Below, one piece after another: positions 1 through 13,986 of a stretch of 64,000 bases of DNA. The stretch is from an uncultured Gemmatimonadales bacterium (GTDB lineage: Bacteria > Gemmatimonadota > Gemmatimonadetes > Longimicrobiales > Longimicrobiaceae): NCBI GenBank assembly GCA_963716255.1, contig OY970303.1, forward strand, positions 6,336,001 through 6,400,000, given 5' to 3'. Made by a program: the position numbers and the translations under genes. Each line of letters begins with the position of its first letter. Position 1 is the first letter of the stretch. The notes under the pieces are model-generated. The model searched no databases and was not told where the DNA came from. It saw only the letters and a list, made by a program, of their open reading frames with translations.

Positions 1-4974
<4,974 letters not shown>

Positions 4975-5253
4975 GCTCTAGCCTCCCCCGTGTCTGTCCC
5001 GCGGCGCGGGCACGCGCCACGCCGCATTCCGTGTCTGAAAGGGTGCGCCATCCCGGCGCGACGGCCGCGGGCCCGTCCCGTACGCGGGAGGGCCGCACGT
5101 CCGGGGCACGCCCGGACCTGCCGATCCCGGGAATCTAATCGAACGCGGCGGATTCCGCGCGAATGGCCCTCACCCGGCGGCCTTGGAGCCGCCACCCTCT
5201 CCCGATTCCGGGAAAGGGAGAAACTGCTGGATCTTGCGGCTACTCCGGCAGTT

Positions 5254-5391
5254 GCGTGAGGGATTACGGCCCGAAGGGGCGAGACCCGGCGGGGCTATTT
5301 CCGCCGGGGCTCGACTCCGTCGGCGAGCGTTGTTTGCTCGCTTACGGAGCCGAAGCCCGACCCCGGCGCCAGCCGGGGGCACGCCCGAACC
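5254..5391 (+). repeat. Intergenic structured repeat family A, copy 1
   Basis: GCGTGAGGGAT..CGGCCCGAAGGGGCGAGACCC...GGGCTCGACTCCGT...ACGGAGCCGAAGCCCGACCCCGGCGCCAGCCGGGGGCACGCCCGAACC. Confidence 0.92.
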
Positions 5392-5435
5392 TGCCGTCCG
5401 CTGTCCCGCAGTCCGCCGTTCCGTATCCGTAAAGC

Positions 5436-7178
5436 TCAGCCGCCCGCCTGCGCCAGCATCTGCTGTGTGATGTCCGTGGGCGGGATCTTGAGGGCGATCA
5501 CCGAGGGCCCGTCCCGGTTTTCCAGCGCCTTCGCAAGCGCGTCCTCCAGCTCTGCCATGTTGTTCACCGTGGCCCCCCACCCGCCGCGGAAGACCTCCAC
5601 CAGCTTGGGGTAGTCCCAGCCGTGCAGCAGGTCGAACTCCTCCGGCGGCTCCCCCTGGGTGAAGTACTTGGCGTTCACGAACGCCTGCTCGATCCCGTAC
5701 AGCTCGTTGTCGAAGATGAAGACGATGGCGCCCTGCCTGGCCCGCGCCACGTCCGAGAGCGTCTGGCACACCATCTGGAAGCCGCCGTCGCCGGTGAACA
5801 CCACCGCCCGCCGCGACGGGTCCGCGAAGCCCACCCCCAGGCACGCGCCGGTGGTGTAGCCGATGGAGTTCCACGCCGCCTGCGCGATGAACCCGTCCCG
5901 CCGCCGCACCGGGAGCTCCGCCGCCGAGTACAGGGCGATGCTGGTGTCCGCCATGAGGACCATGGACTCGTCCACCCAGTCCTGCATCCGCCGGAAGAAG
6001 GCGTCGTAGCTCACCGGCTCCGGGGCGCCGGGGGCCGCCTTGGCCCGCAGCAGGAAGGCGTGCTCGGGCGCTCCCGCGGCGGCCAGCAGTCCCACCGCGT
6101 CCTCCGGCGCGCCGTACTTGCGCTCGCGCAGGCGCCGCAGCAGCTGCTGCATGAAGTCGCGCAGCGGCACGCAGTCCCACACGTCGGTGCCCACGCGCAC
6201 CGAGTTGTTCCACGCCAGCGACATGGTGCCGTAGCTCTTCTTCACCAGGTCCAGGAAGTCGTCCGTGACCAGGTTCCCCAGCCCCAGCAGCCAGTCCGCC
6301 GTTTCCACCAGCCGCCTCGTCTTGGGGTTGGCGGATGCGCCGTCGTACACGCCCACGAAGCCGGGCGCGTCCTCCGGGAGCACGCTCTTGCCCAGCAGGT
6401 CGGTGGCGAAGGGGAAGCCGGTCTCCGCCACCAGCTCCTCCAGCAGGTCCTGCAGGCCGAAGCGCTGCACCTCCACCCCCGCCCAGATCACCGGCCGCTC
6501 CGCCTTCCACAGGTGCTCCAGGGTGGCGTCCAGCGCCGCGTCCAGCGAGGCCTGCAGGGTGGGGAGCGGCCCCGGCTCCAGCTTGCCGCGCGGCGCCTCG
6601 CACGGCAGCCCCCACACGTTGGCGTACACCTCGATGTAGACGGGCTTCCGCCAGGTCAGGCAGGCGCGCAGCGCCGAGTCGATCTGCCCCGGGGCGCGCA
6701 GCGGGTCCATCACCACCACGCGCGCCACCGTCACGTTCCGCACCGAGTCCTCGTCGGCGCTGAGGGTGCCGGTGGAGTGGTGGAAGAGCACACCCTCGCG
6801 CCGCTCCGTGTTTCGCGAGGCCGAGGCGGGGCTCCCCACCACCAGCACCACCGGGAGCTGCTCCACGTACGACCCGGCGAGCGCGTTGAGCAGGCTGAAG
6901 GTGCCCACCCCGAAGGTGACGCACACCCCACCCACGCCCCGCAGGCGGGCGTACGCGTCGGCCGAGTAGCCGGCCTCCAGCTCGTTGCAGGTGCCCACGC
7001 GGCGGATGCCGATGGACTCGCCCTCGTTGTCGATGGTGGACAGGAAGGTGCCCGCGTAGTCGCCCGGCACGGCGAAGAGGTGCCCCACCCCCAGCTCCGC
7101 CAGGCGCTGCGCCAGGTAGCGGGCCACGGTGCAGCCGCCCTTGGCGGCGGCGGCGGCGGCCTTGTCGGCGGCGCTCAC
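5436..7178 (-). CDS. TPP-dependent alpha-keto acid decarboxylase (pyruvate/indolepyruvate decarboxylase family)
   Basis: FAVPGDY, CNELEAGYSADAYAR, FHHS and TPP motif GDGGFQM...DNELYGIE; the GTG start overlaps the upstream TGA (GTGA). Confidence 0.88.
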   Translation of the reverse strand: MSAADKAAAAAAKGGCTVARYLAQRLAELGVGHLFAVPGDYAGTFLSTIDNEGESIGIRRVGTCNELEAGYSADAYARLRGVGGVCVTFGVGTFSLLNALAGSYVEQLPVVLVVGSPASASRNTERREGVLFHHSTGTLSADEDSVRNVTVARVVVMDPLRAPGQIDSALRACLTWRKPVYIEVYANVWGLPCEAPRGKLEPGPLPTLQASLDAALDATLEHLWKAERPVIWAGVEVQRFGLQDLLEELVAETGFPFATDLLGKSVLPEDAPGFVGVYDGASANPKTRRLVETADWLLGLGNLVTDDFLDLVKKSYGTMSLAWNNSVRVGTDVWDCVPLRDFMQQLLRRLRERKYGAPEDAVGLLAAAGAPEHAFLLRAKAAPGAPEPVSYDAFFRRMQDWVDESMVLMADTSIALYSAAELPVRRRDGFIAQAAWNSIGYTTGACLGVGFADPSRRAVVFTGDGGFQMVCQTLSDVARARQGAIVFIFDNELYGIEQAFVNAKYFTQGEPPEEFDLLHGWDYPKLVEVFRGGWGATVNNMAELEDALAKALENRDGPSVIALKIPPTDITQQMLAQAGG

Positions 7179-8875
7179 GGCCCCATCTCCGTGTCGTAGT
7201 ACTTGCGCGGGATGAAGTCCGGCCGCTTCAGCCCGAAGTGCTCCTTGAGCATCAGCTCCGCCGTCTGGAGCGCGCCCTCCACCCACCCCTGGCCGATGGA
7301 GTACGCCTCGCCGCACACGTGCACCTTCTCGCCCGGGATGCCGCGCATGAGCGGCATGATCTCCCAGAACTTCTCCCCCGCCTTCCAGGCGTGCCAGCCG
7401 GCGCCGTACGGGTCCTCGCCCCAGTCGTGGTACACGGCGGTGTACGGCTCGGGGACGAACTTGAGGCCGTGCACCTCCCTGACCTGCTCCTGCGCCGTCT
7501 GCACCATCTCCTGGCTGATCTGGAACTCGTGCGGGGCCACCGGCGCCTCCCCCTTGAGGAAGTAGTCGCGCCCGGGCTTCGCCGGGTCGTCGGCGGCCTC
7601 GGAGTTCTGCGTGCGCCCCCGGAAGCGCGGGCCCGCCTCCAGCGCCTTCCAGAACGGCACGCTCCCCAGGTCGTTGTAGCTCACCATCAGCAGCGAGTTG
7701 TGGTTGTCGGGCTCGCCGCCCATCTCGCTTTCCGTCTGGAAGTAGTACGTCTGGCGGATGGGCATGTCGGTGATGGTGCGGCCCGCCTCCACGCCCAGCG
7801 CGCGCCACCACGGGTAGGGGTAGCCCAGGAACATCTTGAACGCGGCCTGGCTGATGACCGCCTCCACGCGCTTCCTCAGCGTGGGCTCCCCCGGCGCGGC
7901 GCCCTCGTCGTCCAGCCTGTTCCAGCGGATCAGCTCGATGGAGCGCCGCGGCAGCGCGAGCACCACCCGCTCGGCGTCCAGGTGCGCCTCCGGGCGCCCG
8001 TCGCGGTCCTGCGTCCTGCCGCACTCGTCCGTTTCCGTCTTCACGAAGCAGAGCGCGTAGTCGCCGTCCGCGCCCCGCCGCCCGAACGAGTCCAGCCGGT
8101 GGTTCATGCGGATCTCGCCGCCCAGCTTCACGAACTCGGCGGCCAGGGTGCGCGGCAGCTCCTCGAAGCCCTGGTCCAGCGTGAAGTACTTGTTGCTGGG
8201 GTCGTACTCGGTGATGGGGAGCGAGAGCGGCGCGGTGGAGTTGGCCACGTTGGTGTAGTAGCCGCTCGCGTCGTACATGTACTGGTACGCCTCGCTGCTC
8301 AGCACCCGGTAGAGCAGGTTCCAGAAGCCGATCTGGTACAGCGGGGTGCCGTTGAGCACCTTGACCGTCCACCAGTCCTGGGCGCTCAGCTCGCTGTTGA
8401 AGGGCAGCAGGCTGTTCATCACGTAGGCCTGGAGCTGGTCGGGGTTCATCCCCTGCTCGTCCGGGTTCATCAGGTACGGCACCATCGCCGGGTCGGTCAG
8501 GTCCTTCACCCGGAGCTGGCGCCGCCGCAGGTACATGAGGTTGTTGATCCCGCCGTCCGGCCCCATGGGGAACTCGCGCGTGGCGAGGCCCAGCTGCTCG
8601 ATGAGCCCCACCACGATCTCGTGCGACCTGAGCCAGCGCATCCCGCCCAGCTCCGCCTTGATGTGCGGCATCCCCGGCATGGGAAAGCTGTACAGCCGCC
8701 CGCCGATCCGGTTGCCGTACTCGAACAGGGCCACCTTGAGCTTCTTGTTCGCCTGCTTCAGGCGCCACGCCGTGTACACGCCCGACACGCCGCCGCCGAT
8801 CACGGCGACGTCGTAGCGCTTCTCGCCCTTGTCGAACGGCTCGAAGGGCTGGTGGTTGAGGATGCGTCTGCTCAC
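7175..8875 (-). CDS. Flavin-dependent amine/L-amino-acid oxidase family protein
   Basis: VAVIGGGVSG dinucleotide fold, RIGGRL, ELGGMR and C-terminal CGEAYS..QGWVEGAL; GGAAAGGA RBS before GTG. Confidence 0.88.
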   Translation of the reverse strand: MSRRILNHQPFEPFDKGEKRYDVAVIGGGVSGVYTAWRLKQANKKLKVALFEYGNRIGGRLYSFPMPGMPHIKAELGGMRWLRSHEIVVGLIEQLGLATREFPMGPDGGINNLMYLRRRQLRVKDLTDPAMVPYLMNPDEQGMNPDQLQAYVMNSLLPFNSELSAQDWWTVKVLNGTPLYQIGFWNLLYRVLSSEAYQYMYDASGYYTNVANSTAPLSLPITEYDPSNKYFTLDQGFEELPRTLAAEFVKLGGEIRMNHRLDSFGRRGADGDYALCFVKTETDECGRTQDRDGRPEAHLDAERVVLALPRRSIELIRWNRLDDEGAAPGEPTLRKRVEAVISQAAFKMFLGYPYPWWRALGVEAGRTITDMPIRQTYYFQTESEMGGEPDNHNSLLMVSYNDLGSVPFWKALEAGPRFRGRTQNSEAADDPAKPGRDYFLKGEAPVAPHEFQISQEMVQTAQEQVREVHGLKFVPEPYTAVYHDWGEDPYGAGWHAWKAGEKFWEIMPLMRGIPGEKVHVCGEAYSIGQGWVEGALQTAELMLKEHFGLKRPDFIPRKYYDTEMGP

Positions 8876-9003
8876 GGGGTGCTTCCTTTCCGATTGGGGT
8901 GGGGCAGGCGGCCGGCGGGGTGAATCGTGGGACGGGGAGAGGATACGGAACGCGACAGGAGGTGGCAAGGAAACTCCTGTTGCGACGGCTTTCGGCGGAC
9001 GGG

Positions 9004-9139
9004 GGTTCGGGCGTGTCCCCGGCTGGCGCCGGGGTCGGGCTTCGGCTCCGTAGGGCTGCAAACAACGCAGCCCAACGGAGTCGAGCCCCCGCGAAACTGC
9101 CCGCGGGGTCTCGCCCCTCCGGGCCGAAATCCCTCACGC
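9004..9139 (-). repeat. Repeat family A, copy 2
   Basis: Reverse complement of the family A consensus. Confidence 0.92.
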
Positions 9140-9167
9140 GGGGCTCGCGCTGGCGTCCGCGGGCCCC

Positions 9168-9217
9168 CACCCGGCTCGCTTGAGGCTCGCCACCCTCCCC
9201 CAATTCTGGGGGAGGGC
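9168..9217 (+). repeat. REP-like repeat family C (CACCCGGCTCGCTTGAGGCTCGCCACCCTCCCC...GGGAGGG); further copies or variants near 5171, 11890, 25588, 46276(-), 47722(-), 50768(-), 56588 and 63217
   Basis: Near-identical 35-50 nt module seen repeatedly, usually next to family A. Confidence 0.85.
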
Positions 9218-9292
9218 TTCCTGTCCCTCGGGCTCCACGATGTCGTTCTCCCCTCCCCCTTGCGGGGAGGGGCCGGGGGAGGGGGTCCGTCG

Positions 9293-10186
9293 TTACGACA
9301 GCGAGCGCATCACCCCGGGCACTTCGTCCAGCAGCTCGCGGGCGAGGAAGCCCAGCGGCCCCACGCGCCTCGCCAGCACGTTCCCCGCGCCGCCGTGCAG
9401 CGCCACGCCCCAGAGCGCCGCCCGCAGCGGGTCCGCGCCGCGGGCCGCCAGCCCGGCCACGATCCCCGCAAGCGTGTCGCCGGAGCCGGAGGTGGCCAGC
9501 CCCACGCCGCCCGACGCGTAGCGGAAGGCTTCGCCGTCCGGCGCCGCCACGTGGGTCGCGCTCCCCTTGAGCGCCACCACGCAGCGCAGCTCCGCCGCCG
9601 CCCGCCGGGCCGTGGCGAGCGGGTCGTCCGCGACCTCCTCCTTGGTCATCCCCAGCAGGCTCGCCATCTCGCCGGCGTGCGGCGTCACCACGGCGCGCCC
9701 CCGCAGCCGGTGCAGCGCGTCCCGCGTGCCGGCGAGGCACGCCATGGCCTCGGCGTCCAGCACCACCACGCCGTCCTCCACCTCCGCCAGCAGGCGCCGG
9801 GTCAGCGCGGCGGTCGCCTCCGGGTCCACCATCCCCGGGCCCACCAGCAGCGCGTGGGCCCCGCGGACCCACTCCGCCAGCCCCGCGGCGGCGTCCGGAG
9901 CGACCCCCCCGGCCTCCGTCGCCGCGAGCGCGCGCACCCGCGCCTCCGGCACCGTCACCGCCACCATCCCCGCCACCTCCGCGACGGTGGCGAGCTGGAG
10001 CTTGCCCGCGCCGGCCCGCAGCGCGGCGACCCCGGCCAGCACCAGCGCCCCCGGCATCTCCGCCGCGCCGCCCACCACCAGCACCCGGCCGCGATCCTCC
10101 TTGTCGCCGCGGTCGTCGGGGCGGGGGAGGGGGAGCCGGCGGAGCAGGGCGGGGGTGACGGCGCGCGCGCGCCCGGCCGCGCTCAC
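9293..10186 (-). CDS. nnrD: ADP-dependent NAD(P)H-hydrate dehydratase (stand-alone YjeF-C domain)
   Basis: KEDRGRVLVVGG, GAGKL, GPGM, VVTPHAGE, LKG and GSGDTLAG motifs. Confidence 0.85.
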   Translation of the reverse strand: MSAAGRARAVTPALLRRLPLPRPDDRGDKEDRGRVLVVGGAAEMPGALVLAGVAALRAGAGKLQLATVAEVAGMVAVTVPEARVRALAATEAGGVAPDAAAGLAEWVRGAHALLVGPGMVDPEATAALTRRLLAEVEDGVVVLDAEAMACLAGTRDALHRLRGRAVVTPHAGEMASLLGMTKEEVADDPLATARRAAAELRCVVALKGSATHVAAPDGEAFRYASGGVGLATSGSGDTLAGIVAGLAARGADPLRAALWGVALHGGAGNVLARRVGPLGFLARELLDEVPGVMRSLS

Positions 10187-10950
10187 CGGGCGGCCACCGC
10201 GGCGTCCGGCTCCGAGGTGACGGGCGTCCCCTCCTCCAGGAGCGGCGCCACGAAGTTGTACGCCTCCAGCCGCATCTTCCCCTGGCGGCCCAGCGACGGA
10301 TCGAAGCGGTACGAGGTGACGGAGCAGTTGGCGACGTCGCCCGCCCGGTCGATGGCCAGGATCTCGTCCTCGGTGAGGCACTCCAGCAGGTAGCGCAGGC
10401 ACAGCACGATCACCTGGTGGCACACGATCAGGACCCGCTCGCCGCGGTGGTGCAGCGAGATGGTGTCCAGCGAGCTGCGCAGCCGCAGGATCACGTCGCA
10501 CCAGCTTTCCCCGCCGGGCGGCCGGTGGTAGAACTTGCCCAGCAGGCGGCGGAACTCGGCCTGGTCCGGGTGGCGCTGCTCGATGCCGAAGCGCGTCAGC
10601 CGGTCCAGGATGCCGAACTCCTTTTCGCGCAGGCGCTCGTCCACGGTGAAGCCGTCGGCGTCGCCGGCCAGGCCGCCCTGGTCGCGCATCAGCTCGGCGG
10701 TGTGGCGGGCGCGCAGGTAGGGCGACACCAGCACCACGGTGGGCCTGCGGTCCTCCGGGAGCGCGGCGAACCAGCGCCCCACCGAGCGCGCCTGCCGCTC
10801 GCCCAGCGCGCTCAGCGGCACGTCCACGTCGCGCATGGCGATGTCGATGACCGGGTACCCCGCGGCGTCCGCCGCGTCGCGGGCCACGTTCCCCGCGCTC
10901 TCCCCGTGCCGCACGATCCACAGCTCGTCCGGCCACCTCTGGTCCGTCAT
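10183..10950 (-). CDS. Histidine phosphatase (phosphoglycerate mutase-like) family protein
   Basis: [29 protein letters not shown] and VCH motifs. Confidence 0.88.
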   Translation of the reverse strand: MTDQRWPDELWIVRHGESAGNVARDAADAAGYPVIDIAMRDVDVPLSALGERQARSVGRWFAALPEDRRPTVVLVSPYLRARHTAELMRDQGGLAGDADGFTVDERLREKEFGILDRLTRFGIEQRHPDQAEFRRLLGKFYHRPPGGESWCDVILRLRSSLDTISLHHRGERVLIVCHQVIVLCLRYLLECLTEDEILAIDRAGDVANCSVTSYRFDPSLGRQGKMRLEAYNFVAPLLEEGTPVTSEPDAAVAAR

Positions 10951-11114
10951 CCTTTCCCCCGGTCCGCGGTTTCCCCTGGCGCTCCGTCGTCCGCGGTACG
11001 TCGGGTCAAGGAGCATACCAGCCGCGCCGGCGCGCCGGGTTGCGCCCCGCGCCGCCCCCTCCCTACCTTGCGGCTCGCCCGGCTTTTCCCGCGTTCACCT
11101 TCGCCCCCCGCGGC

Positions 11115-11552
11115 ATGCGCGTCGTCCTCCAGCGAGTCGCCGGCGCCCGCGTCACCGTGGACGGGCGCGTGGTCGGCGAGATCGGCCGCGGCCTGCTCCT
11201 GCTCGCCGGCTTCACCGACGGCGACACCGCGGAAACGCTCCGCTGGATGGCGGACAAGGTGGTGGGGCTGCGCGTCTTCACCGACGCGGAAGGGAAGATG
11301 AACCGGTCGGTGGAGGAGGTGGACGGCGCCGTGCTGGTGGTGTCGCAGTTCACGCTGTACGGGGACGCGCGCAGGGGGCGCCGCCCCAGCTTCGTGGAGG
11401 CCGCCCGCCCGGAGGTCGCCGTCCCGCTGTACGAGAGCTTCGTGGCGCTGCTGCGCGCCGCCGGCCGCCCGGTTGCGACCGGCGAGTTCGGGGCGATGAT
11501 GCAGGTGGAGCTGACCAACGACGGCCCGGTGACGCTGGTGCTGGAGCGCTGA
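11115..11552 (+). CDS. dtd: D-aminoacyl-tRNA deacylase
   Basis: [14 protein letters not shown] and NDGPVT signature motifs. Confidence 0.95.
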   Translation: MRVVLQRVAGARVTVDGRVVGEIGRGLLLLAGFTDGDTAETLRWMADKVVGLRVFTDAEGKMNRSVEEVDGAVLVVSQFTLYGDARRGRRPSFVEAARPEVAVPLYESFVALLRAAGRPVATGEFGAMMQVELTNDGPVTLVLER

Positions 11553-11595
11553 CCCGGGCCCGCCTCACACACCCATTCGCGACGGGAGGTGCGCC

Positions 11596-11826
11596 GTGAC
11601 CGAGCTGGACGACCGCGACATCGACAAGGTGTACTCGAAAAAGGACTTCGTCGCCAAGCTGCGCCGCCTCGCGGACGCGCTGGAGGCGGAGAAGCCGTTC
11701 ACCATCCAGGTGGCGGGGGAGCGGATGGTGGTGCCCGTGGACGCCCGGGTGAGCGTGGAGCACGAGCGCACCGGCGGCGAGGACGAGCTGGAGTTCCAGC
11801 TCAGGTGGACGCGCGGAGAGGGCTAA
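11596..11826 (+). CDS. Small amphi-Trp domain-like protein
   Basis: 76 aa, GGAGG RBS, LRRLADALE...ELEFQLRW with C-terminal Trp. Confidence 0.7.
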   Translation: MTELDDRDIDKVYSKKDFVAKLRRLADALEAEKPFTIQVAGERMVVPVDARVSVEHERTGGEDELEFQLRWTRGEG

Positions 11827-11967
11827 CGGTCCCGAGGTACGAAGCACGAAAAAGCGCCCCCGCCGGGATCTCCCGGCGGGGGCGGCTCTCACCCGGCTCG
11901 CTTGAGGCTCGCCACCCTCTCCCAATCCTGGGAGAGAGGGCACGCCCGAACCCGCCGTCGAAGGATC

Positions 11968-12939
11968 TCAGGTCTGCTGCATGCGCGCGGACTGGATCAG
12001 CCGCTGGCGGGACGTGTTGCCCGGCACGGCGATGTGCGTGGCCGGGTCGAACTCCTTGCCCACCGCCGAGCTTCCCTGCGGCACCCACACCTCCACGCGG
12101 GTGGAGCTGTACCCCGAGGGGATGTAGCGCACGTAGTAGCCGTCCGGGTGCTGCGACCAGCGGCCGGAGGGCACCTCGCGGCTCCCCGGGCCCATCCCCA
12201 CCGCGCCGGTGAGGACGGCGACCGCCTCCAGCTGCTGGAAGGAGGTGGCGGGGTTGATGAGCATCTGCCGGAGCCGGGCTTCGGCCTCCACCACCTGGCG
12301 CACCAGCGGCGGCATGCTGGCCATGGCGCGATCCAGTGCCGGGCCGGGGATCAGGTCCAGGGCGCTGCGGTTGAGTCCGGCGAGCTGGCGCGGCGTCAGC
12401 AGGCGTGACGCGACCGCCTTGTGCTGCGTGGACAGGTCCTCGAACTTGGCGCGGGCAATGATCGCCCACAGCAGCGTCTGGATGTCGTGCTGGTGGATGT
12501 CGGGGTGCTGCACCGAGTTGCGCACGATGGTCCGGACCGCTTCCTCGGCCGGGCCCAGGGGCGGGGCGAACAGGTAGCCGTCGCCGCCGCCGGGGCCGTG
12601 CGTGCCGGCCTTGAGGCAGTAGCTCTGCGACTGGTAGGCGTACGCGCCCGGCTGCAGCACGAAGCCGCCGTTGGGGGTGCGCTGCAGCTGGGCGATGTTC
12701 CGGAACGACTCGCGCGGGCGGAAGGTGTCCAGCGAGTCCACGGCCCACTTGGCGTCCTGCAGGCTGGTGGTGATGGGCGCCCTGCCCTGCAGCAGGCCGC
12801 TGACGTCGGGCATCCGCTCGCCCAGGCGGCCCGCGGCGCCGCGCAGGGCGCCGCCGATCTGCGCCTGGAGCGACGTGGCGCCCAGCAGGAGGGCCATGGA
12901 AAGGAAGCTCGCCTTCCTCACGGACGGGGAGAGCGTCAT
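11968..12939 (-). CDS. Secreted hypothetical protein with thioester-domain-like motifs
   Basis: Signal peptide (..LLLGATSLQA|Q); YCLK, IQTLLW and QRLI motifs. Confidence 0.7.
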   Translation of the reverse strand: MTLSPSVRKASFLSMALLLGATSLQAQIGGALRGAAGRLGERMPDVSGLLQGRAPITTSLQDAKWAVDSLDTFRPRESFRNIAQLQRTPNGGFVLQPGAYAYQSQSYCLKAGTHGPGGGDGYLFAPPLGPAEEAVRTIVRNSVQHPDIHQHDIQTLLWAIIARAKFEDLSTQHKAVASRLLTPRQLAGLNRSALDLIPGPALDRAMASMPPLVRQVVEAEARLRQMLINPATSFQQLEAVAVLTGAVGMGPGSREVPSGRWSQHPDGYYVRYIPSGYSSTRVEVWVPQGSSAVGKEFDPATHIAVPGNTSRQRLIQSARMQQT

Positions 12940-13131
12940 CGTTGCCTCGGGGTTGGAAGGTGGCGCGGGTGGAAGGTACGACGTTGAACGATAAGGAGTA
13001 GAACGGACCCGCGCCAGATTTGTTTCCGGCCGGCACGCCTCCGCCGGTCCCTCGCGTTGCGCGCCCCCGCGGCGGCGCCTAGCTTCCCCGCGGACGCCGC
13101 CCCGCCACCCCGGAACCCTGGCCCACGACGC

Positions 13132-13746
13132 ATGCCGGACGCCGCCGACCTCCAGCCGCCGCCCCTGGTCCTGGCCTCCCAGTCGCCCCGCCGCGCCGAG
13201 CTGATCGGCCGCCTGGGGCTTGCATTCGAGACGCTCCCCGCGGACATCGACGAGAGCTACCTGGGCGACGAGATGCCGGCCGCGCACGCGGAGCGCCTGG
13301 CCCGCGAGAAGGCGGCCACCGTGGCCCGCGGCCGCCCGGAGGCGCTGGTGGTGGGCTCGGACACCATCGTGGTGCTGGGGAGCGACGTGCTGGGCAAGCC
13401 GCGCGACGAGGAGCACGCGGTGGAGATGCTGCTGCGCCTTTCCGGCCGCGACCACGAGGTGCACACCGGGATCGCCGTGGCGCACGGCGGCCGCATCGAG
13501 TCCGGGCTGGAGCGCGTCCGCGTCCGCTTCCGCATGCTGGACCGCGCGGAGTGCGAGGAGTACGTGGCTACCCGCGAGCCCATGGACAAGGCGGGCGCCT
13601 ACGGCATCCAGGGCTTCGGCTCGTCCATCGTGGAGCGCGTGGAGGGCGACTACTTCGCGGTGATGGGGCTGCCGGTGGTGCGCATGCTGGCGCTCGTCGA
13701 GCGCTTCGGCTGGCGCTACGCCTTCGGGTCGCTGCGGCCGGCCTGA
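13132..13746 (+). CDS. maf: Maf-family nucleoside triphosphate pyrophosphatase
   Basis: LVLASQSPRR, GSDTIV, LGKP, DKAGAYGIQG and VMGLP motifs. Confidence 0.93.
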   Translation: MPDAADLQPPPLVLASQSPRRAELIGRLGLAFETLPADIDESYLGDEMPAAHAERLAREKAATVARGRPEALVVGSDTIVVLGSDVLGKPRDEEHAVEMLLRLSGRDHEVHTGIAVAHGGRIESGLERVRVRFRMLDRAECEEYVATREPMDKAGAYGIQGFGSSIVERVEGDYFAVMGLPVVRMLALVERFGWRYAFGSLRPA

Positions 13747-13794
13747 CCTCGCGTCCGCACCGCCGGAGGGCGGGCCGTCGTAGTTCCCCTCCGT

Positions 13795-13938
13795 TCCCAA
13801 ATGATGTTGCGGAGGGAGACTCACGCGGCTGTTTGCGTGAGGCTCCCGCAGCTGGAGCGGAGACCCGCCGGCAGTTTGGCGGGGCTCCGCGACCCGCGCA
13901 GGAGACGGACGGCTGTATCGTCCGGCTCCGGAGCGGCC
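13795..13938 (+). repeat. Repeat family B (three GGAGAC-hairpin-GGCTC units), copy 1
   Basis: GGAGAC tcacgc..gcgtga GGCTCC / GGAGAC ccgcc..ggcgg GGCTCC / GGAGAC ggac..gtcc GGCTCC. Confidence 0.85.
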
Positions 13939-13986
13939 CCAGGGCACGCTCCGGACGCAGCACGACCACCCAGAAGCCCGCCATCC

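Noticed and set aside
8872..9183. Recurring short ORFs such as 'YGAEARPRRQPG' and 'VRDFGPKGRDP'
   Set aside because: Translations of repeat family A; conservation follows base pairing rather than codons.
5436..9872. 1478-aa ORF suggesting a giant fusion
   Set aside because: Only the last 580 aa (decarboxylase) are real; the upstream part is an off-frame read-through of the oxidase, repeats and nnrD.
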